Source: a virus
Lineage: Duplodnaviria > Heunggongvirae > Uroviricota > Caudoviricetes
Reading direction: 5' to 3' (one strand)
DNA length: 41,632 bases
IMG/VR virus record: IMGVR_UViG_2547132279_000012
Coordinates: 1 to 41,632 of that record
Below, piece after piece: positions 36,486 through 41,632 of the stretch. The notes below the pieces were generated by a model. That model searched no databases. It was not told where the DNA came from and saw only the letters and a list, made by a program, of their open reading frames with translations. A program made the translations under genes and the position numbers. How positions within the stretch are numbered: position 1 is the first letter of the stretch; the number at the start of each line of letters is the position of its first letter.

Positions 36486-37018
36486 TATGCAGCCCTCACA
36501 ATATAGTTAAATGCAATATTCCTTGGTCGAACCCTAAAACCAGCCCCTGCGCCTGCTCCAATTGGTGGCAATTCGATAGAGGGGTATGCTGTTGCAGGGG
36601 AATATAAACCTTCACGGGAATCATAATCAGTCGTCATATAGTTAGACGTATTATCAGAAACAGTTTCTGTCGGTCTGGTAACCAGACGATAAGAGCCAGT
36701 GGTTGGTGACCTGACCAGACCAAAACTTTCAACCAGAGTGGCTTTTTGAAAGCTTAATAATCCCCGACCACTGTCAGCTCCACGCCCGTCATCCCAGCCA
36801 CGAATAAACTCACCACGTAAATCAGGCAATTTATTTGTCGGATAAGCCTTTGCCAGTTCCGGGTATTCTTCAGCAGAAAAAGCTGCACCGTTGCATTTCA
36901 GCCAGCCTGTCGGCGGAGTGGCTGAAGGCCATGGAACAGGGACACCAACAGGTAATGCCGAACCTTCTCCCAAACCAACGTTTATGAAAATGCAGAAATA
37001 ACGAGCAAATGGCATCAT
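36485..37018 (-). CDS. Alternative tail-fibre variable C-terminal cassette (silent in this orientation)
   Basis: Receptor-binding-type motif (PTGWLKCNGAAFSAEEYPELAKAY); crossover site at its FINVGLGE codons; no own promoter expected. Confidence 0.7.
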   Translation of the reverse strand: MMPFARYFCIFINVGLGEGSALPVGVPVPWPSATPPTGWLKCNGAAFSAEEYPELAKAYPTNKLPDLRGEFIRGWDDGRGADSGRGLLSFQKATLVESFGLVRSPTTGSYRLVTRPTETVSDNTSNYMTTDYDSREGLYSPATAYPSIELPPIGAGAGAGFRVRPRNIAFNYIVRAA

Positions 37019-37044
37019 TCCTGCTTTTGTCAGAGGGATCCACT

Positions 37045-37599
37045 ATGCTTATTGGCTATGTACGCGTATCAACAAATGACCAGAACACCGATCTACAACG
37101 TAATGCGTTGAACTGTGCAGGATGTGAGCTGATGTTTGAAGACAAGATAAGCGGTACAAAGTCCGACAGACCAGGACTGAAAAAGCTGCTCAGGACACTA
37201 TCGGCAGGTGACACGCTGGTGGTCTGGAAACTGGACCGACTGGGGCGCAGTATGCGGCATCTTGTCGTGCTGGTGGAGGAGTTGCGCGAACGAGGCATCA
37301 ACTTTCGTAGTCTGACGGATTCAATTGATACCAGTACCCCAATGGGGCGCTTTTTCTTTCATGTGATGGGTGCCCTGGCTGAAATGGAGCGTGAACTGAT
37401 TGTTGAACGAACAAAAGCTGGACTGGAAGCTGCTCGCGCACAGGGACGAATTGGTGGACGTCGTCCCAAACTTACACCAGAACAATGGGAGCAGGCCGGA
37501 CGATTAATTGCATCAGGCGTTCCTCGCCAGAAGGTGGCGATCATCTATGATGTTGGTATATCGACACTGTATAAGAAGTTTCCGGTCGGAGATAAATGA
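37045..37599 (+). CDS. Serine DNA invertase (Pin/Gin/Hin/Cin family)
   Basis: MLIGYVRVSTNDQNTDLQRNAL... resolvase/invertase N-terminus with catalytic Ser and C-terminal HTH; near-identical by recall to e14 Pin. Confidence 0.9.
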   Translation: MLIGYVRVSTNDQNTDLQRNALNCAGCELMFEDKISGTKSDRPGLKKLLRTLSAGDTLVVWKLDRLGRSMRHLVVLVEELRERGINFRSLTDSIDTSTPMGRFFFHVMGALAEMERELIVERTKAGLEAARAQGRIGGRRPKLTPEQWEQAGRLIASGVPRQKVAIIYDVGISTLYKKFPVGDK

Positions 37600-37637
37600 A
37601 ACCGTAGCACGTCGTATGCAAGAAGATCGTGCTGCGG
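37581..37637. repeat. Left copy of an imperfect direct repeat (about 35-45 bp, hairpin-containing) bracketing the GIY-YIG gene
   Basis: GAAACCGTAGCACGTCGTATGCAAGAAGATCGTGCTGCGG matches GAAACCCGTAGCCACGTCGTATGCAAGAACGTGCTACGA at 38611-38660. Confidence 0.5.
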
Positions 37638-37659
37638 TTTATGCTTATCACTTAAAGAC

Positions 37660-38529
<870 letters not shown>

Positions 38530-38610
38530 CTAAGCCTTTGAATTTACATAGTATAAAAAAGATACTTTTCCTCATAATGTGAATTAATTTTATGTTTCGT
38601 TTGATGATTG

Positions 38611-38660
38611 GACCGGTCTCGAAACCCGTAGCCACGTCGTATGCAAGAACGTGCTACGAC
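38611..38660. repeat. Right copy of the direct repeat bracketing the GIY-YIG gene
   Basis: See the left copy; lies in the promoter-side intergenic region of the minus-strand gene. Confidence 0.5.
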
Positions 38661-38906
38661 TGGCTGGTGAACTTCCGATAGTGCGAGTATTGAATGATTT
38701 CCAACTGTTATCGATTTTGCGTATTTTTTGCATGAGAGGATTTTTACCTCCTCCCACCGATCCTCCATGGCTTTACGCCAGTGTCTCTGGTCTGCTATGT
38801 ACCAGAAGCGGAAGTTGTGTCTGTTAGTATGATATTATAATTACACTCGCTTATAATAAGCCCACAATACAGATATAAAAATATCTCAACGCTTGGGAGT
38901 TAACAA

Positions 38907-39818
38907 ATGATTAACTTTACTGAAATTGATAGTGACGGTGAAGCCTGGGAGTCATTTGCCCGTGATTTTCTTGAAGAACTTGGCTTTTATATTGAATCCG
39001 CGCCAGATAGAGGTGCAGATGGAGGTAAAGATCTTTTAATCACAGAGCAATTGCAAGGTCAGTTAAATAAATATAAATTTCGTTGGCTTGTTAGCTGTAA
39101 ACATTATGCAACAAGTAAAAAATCAGTTTCAGAAAAGGATGAGATTAATATACAAGAACGTATTGATGGATTCAATGCCGACGGATTTATTGGATTTTAC
39201 TCAACACTGCCAAGTAGTGGTTTAAATTCAAGAATGACGCAATTAAAAGAGAATGGAAAAATAAAGGACTTTCGATTCTTTGATGGTAAATTAATTGAAA
39301 ATCACTTAGTCAGAATTGGTTACTCAAAACTACTCCTTAGATACTTTCCTGAGAGCTATAAAAAAATAAAACCCAAGCATTTGATTTTTGATAAGTACTT
39401 ACCTATAAAATGTGATCGTTGTGGAAAGGACTTAATAGAAAACCATCATGAAGAAAATTATGATGGCATTGTGTGCAATGCAGAGATCATACACGATGAC
39501 AAACCAAATGAGGTGATAGCGGTTTATTATGCGTGTAAAGGTGATTGTGATAAGCATTTTGAGGATTATTTTTGGAATGAATATAAAGCGATTACGAGAT
39601 GGCAGGATATAAGTGATCTAGCCATCCCATTATTCTATCTCAAATGGATTATGGGGACATTTAATGAACTTGAGTATGGAAGGAAAACATATACCAAAGA
39701 AGCCTTCAATAAAACAAAGGAGATAACATTAGCGCTATCTCAAATTGTTATGAGAGAAATGACAGAAAAAGAAAGAGAAAGAGTGATGGCTTTGAATTCA
39801 CTACCTGATTACATATAA
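38907..39818 (+). CDS. Mrr-cat-like PD-(D/E)xK nuclease-domain protein with C-terminal Cys-cluster domain
   Basis: FEEFARDFLEELGF...DRGADGGKDLLI...RWLVSCKHY matches the restriction-endonuclease (Mrr_cat) signature; CDRCGK...C...CKGDCDKH Cys cluster; very AT-rich. Confidence 0.65.
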   Translation: MINFTEIDSDGEAWESFARDFLEELGFYIESAPDRGADGGKDLLITEQLQGQLNKYKFRWLVSCKHYATSKKSVSEKDEINIQERIDGFNADGFIGFYSTLPSSGLNSRMTQLKENGKIKDFRFFDGKLIENHLVRIGYSKLLLRYFPESYKKIKPKHLIFDKYLPIKCDRCGKDLIENHHEENYDGIVCNAEIIHDDKPNEVIAVYYACKGDCDKHFEDYFWNEYKAITRWQDISDLAIPLFYLKWIMGTFNELEYGRKTYTKEAFNKTKEITLALSQIVMREMTEKERERVMALNSLPDYI

Positions 39819-40024
39819 ATTATATTTACTAACATTTGAACTAGCGCATCTTTGGTGCAGAGACACCACCATCTTGGGGACACTGTGAGGCCACTGGCTT
39901 CCCAACTTATCGTTATACAGGATAATAAGGTGCTCCAGGGTGGCTATGAACTTGATGTTACGTCTGCGATTTGCTCATAAGGGACAACCATACTCAAATC
40001 TCCCACATTGCAGGAGATTTGAGT

Positions 40025-40627
40025 ATGAACACGTCACCGTGGAACAAAGACCGTATCATCGGCCAAAAAAGACCACTTCAGATATCTCATATCTGGGGGA
40101 TCCGAATCCGGCTTGAACTGGAAGGTAAAACGCGCGATTTAGCTCAGTTCGATATGGTCCTGGACAGTAAGCTACGAGGCTGTGATCTGGTCAAACTCAA
40201 AGTATCTGATGTTGCATATGGTAGCTCTGCTTCAAGCAGAGCTACGGTGCTGCAACAGAAAACCGGTAGCCCTGTGCAGTTTGAGATAACCAAAGGGACA
40301 AGAGAAGCTGTTGCTGCATTGATAATGCTTGGCAATTTGCATAGTAAAGACTTCTTGTTTCGGTTTCTGGTCGGAACTAATCAGCTCATATCTACCCGGC
40401 AATACAACCGAATTTTTCATGGGTGGGTAGAAAAGCTTGGTCTCGAAGATTCGCTTTACAGCACTCATTCCATGAGAAGAACAAAACCTTACCTGATCTA
40501 CAAGAAAACCAAGAATCTTCGGGTGATCCAACTTCTGTTGGGCCATAAGAAACTGGAAAGCACAGTCCGTTATCTGGGTATTGAAGTAGATGATGTGTTA
40601 GAGATCTCTGAATCGATTGAAGTCTAA
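40025..40627 (+). CDS. Short tyrosine recombinase (catalytic domain only, about 200 aa)
   Basis: LRGCDL (Arg box), HSMRRT (H-x-x-R), LLGHKKLESTVRYL (His, Tyr); start taken at the ATG preceded by AGGAG inside a 13 bp inverted-repeat hairpin. Confidence 0.65.
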   Translation: MNTSPWNKDRIIGQKRPLQISHIWGIRIRLELEGKTRDLAQFDMVLDSKLRGCDLVKLKVSDVAYGSSASSRATVLQQKTGSPVQFEITKGTREAVAALIMLGNLHSKDFLFRFLVGTNQLISTRQYNRIFHGWVEKLGLEDSLYSTHSMRRTKPYLIYKKTKNLRVIQLLLGHKKLESTVRYLGIEVDDVLEISESIEV

Positions 40628-40750
40628 GGTTGTCAGGGCTGCAACAACAGCCCTGTGCCAGGAGTTGACACTGTTAGCATCGCGCTATGTTAATCTATGT
40701 TGAGCAGTTAAAAATGATAATGTAGTTTATATGGATAATCAGTTTATAGA

Positions 40751-41632
40751 GTGGGTGAGATGGAACTAGATGAAACACTTGAAGTTATCAAAAATAATTT
40801 TAGTAATAATCAGAAGAAACTATTTAAAAGGATTGAGCCAGCCACTAACCGTCAAGTAGCTATCGGTCTTATTAGTTTACAAGGAGTGGAAAAAACATCT
40901 CAGGCTGAGATAGAGGTAATTGCCGGCCTCATATCTCAGTTTAGTCCATTGGAAATCGATAGTTTTCAAAATTCACCACGACGAATAACTCTGAAAGGTC
41001 AATTCCCAAACGGACATATTGTTTATATCGAGCCTCAGTATAAGGTTGGCAATATAAACCCAAAAGCCCAGCCTTGGGCAATAGACCTTGTCCTTAGACT
41101 AAATAGATGGATTGGTCAAGATTTGGTTGAGATTGCTGCTATTGGCATCGAGTATGATGGCCACATAGCTCATTATGTGGAAAGTAAAATTAAGTCTACT
41201 TACAAGCGTGATGCAGTAATAACTAGTAACGAAGGATTTCAATCGATTAGGATCTCACCAGAACAATGGAAATCGTCTAAAGAGGATCTTAAGAAGGCAA
41301 TTAAAAAGTATTTTGAACATCACATAAAAAAAATTGAAAAAGTTCAACTAAGCACAATAAACGCCCAAAATTTCAACAATTTTATTTATGAAAATGAAAA
41401 TGAAGTGATATCCACTGTAACTTGCCCTTTATGTAATGGAAAAGGCAGTTTAGCGGGAGAAGATTGTCCGATCTGTAATGGAATGGGATCCGTAAAAAGA
41501 TATATTGCTGCAAAGGTGAATCTTTCTAATTATGAAAAATTCACTTGTCCTGACTGCAGGAATATAAAATTAGATTGCAGAACCTGCAATGGTGAAGGAT
41601 CAATTAGCAGAGAAAAAGCATTAGAAATGTAA
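40751..41632 (+). CDS. DUF559/Vsr-like endonuclease-fold domain fused to a DnaJ-type CxxCxGxG zinc finger
   Basis: AIDLVL...IGIEYDGHIAHYVESKIKSTYKRDAVITSNEGFQSIRISPEQW fits the DUF559 pattern (vD...iEvDG..H...D..RD..L..G..vlRf...e); C-terminal CPLCNGKGS, CPICNGMGS, CPDC, CRTCNGEGS; AT-rich. Confidence 0.55.
   Translation: MGEMELDETLEVIKNNFSNNQKKLFKRIEPATNRQVAIGLISLQGVEKTSQAEIEVIAGLISQFSPLEIDSFQNSPRRITLKGQFPNGHIVYIEPQYKVGNINPKAQPWAIDLVLRLNRWIGQDLVEIAAIGIEYDGHIAHYVESKIKSTYKRDAVITSNEGFQSIRISPEQWKSSKEDLKKAIKKYFEHHIKKIEKVQLSTINAQNFNNFIYENENEVISTVTCPLCNGKGSLAGEDCPICNGMGSVKRYIAAKVNLSNYEKFTCPDCRNIKLDCRTCNGEGSISREKALEM

Larger units (their letters stand above)
35105..36984. mobile_element. Invertible tail-fibre host-range segment (Mu G / e14 P-like) bounded by inverted crossover sites
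   Basis: Inverted 19 bp sites AAACCTTGGTTTGGGAGAA (35105-35124) and the reverse complement of 36965-36984 (AAACGTTGGTTTGGGAGAA); promoterless alternative fibre C-terminus and second tfa on the opposite strand; invertase adjacent. Confidence 0.65.

Noticed and set aside
38544-38768. 74 aa minus-strand ORF in the GIY-YIG / Mrr-like intergenic region
   Set aside because: No RBS, lies in a divergent promoter region overlapping the right repeat copy, and the translation is not protein-like; most likely spurious.

Overview
This window is the proA-thrW chromosomal junction followed by a roughly 40 kb mosaic temperate prophage integrated into the 3' end of tRNA-Thr (thrW). All calls are from reading the six-frame translations and the DNA by eye; no database search was run. 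Left to right: a P22-type tyrosine integrase and excisionase; an early-left arm resembling the CPS-53 yfdT-yfdP cluster (including an HD-domain hydrolase); a GC-rich, highly structured non-coding stretch; a CI/Cro immunity switch with TTGC...GCAA operators; an O-like initiator with in-gene iterons, RusA, a KilA-N protein, a DUF968 protein and a QuuD-like Q antiterminator; lambda-type lysis genes (S, R, Rz with an overlapping Rz1); an HNH endonuclease and terminase; HK97-like head genes; and a Mu-like contractile tail ending in an invertible tail-fibre segment with a Pin/Gin-type invertase. No attR copy of the tRNA 3' end was found, so the right boundary probably lies beyond the window. The candidates for an undescribed system are the AT-rich insertions: (1) a two-gene minus-strand cassette between Q and the lysis genes (340 aa soluble protein plus a 4-TM membrane protein, an architecture like RexA/RexB); (2) a cytoplasmic trypsin-like serine protease between the lysis genes and the packaging genes; (3) a right-end island with three different nuclease-fold proteins (a GIY-YIG protein bracketed by direct repeats, an Mrr-like PD-(D/E)xK protein with a Cys cluster, and a DUF559/Vsr-like domain fused to a DnaJ-type zinc finger) plus a short tyrosine recombinase.
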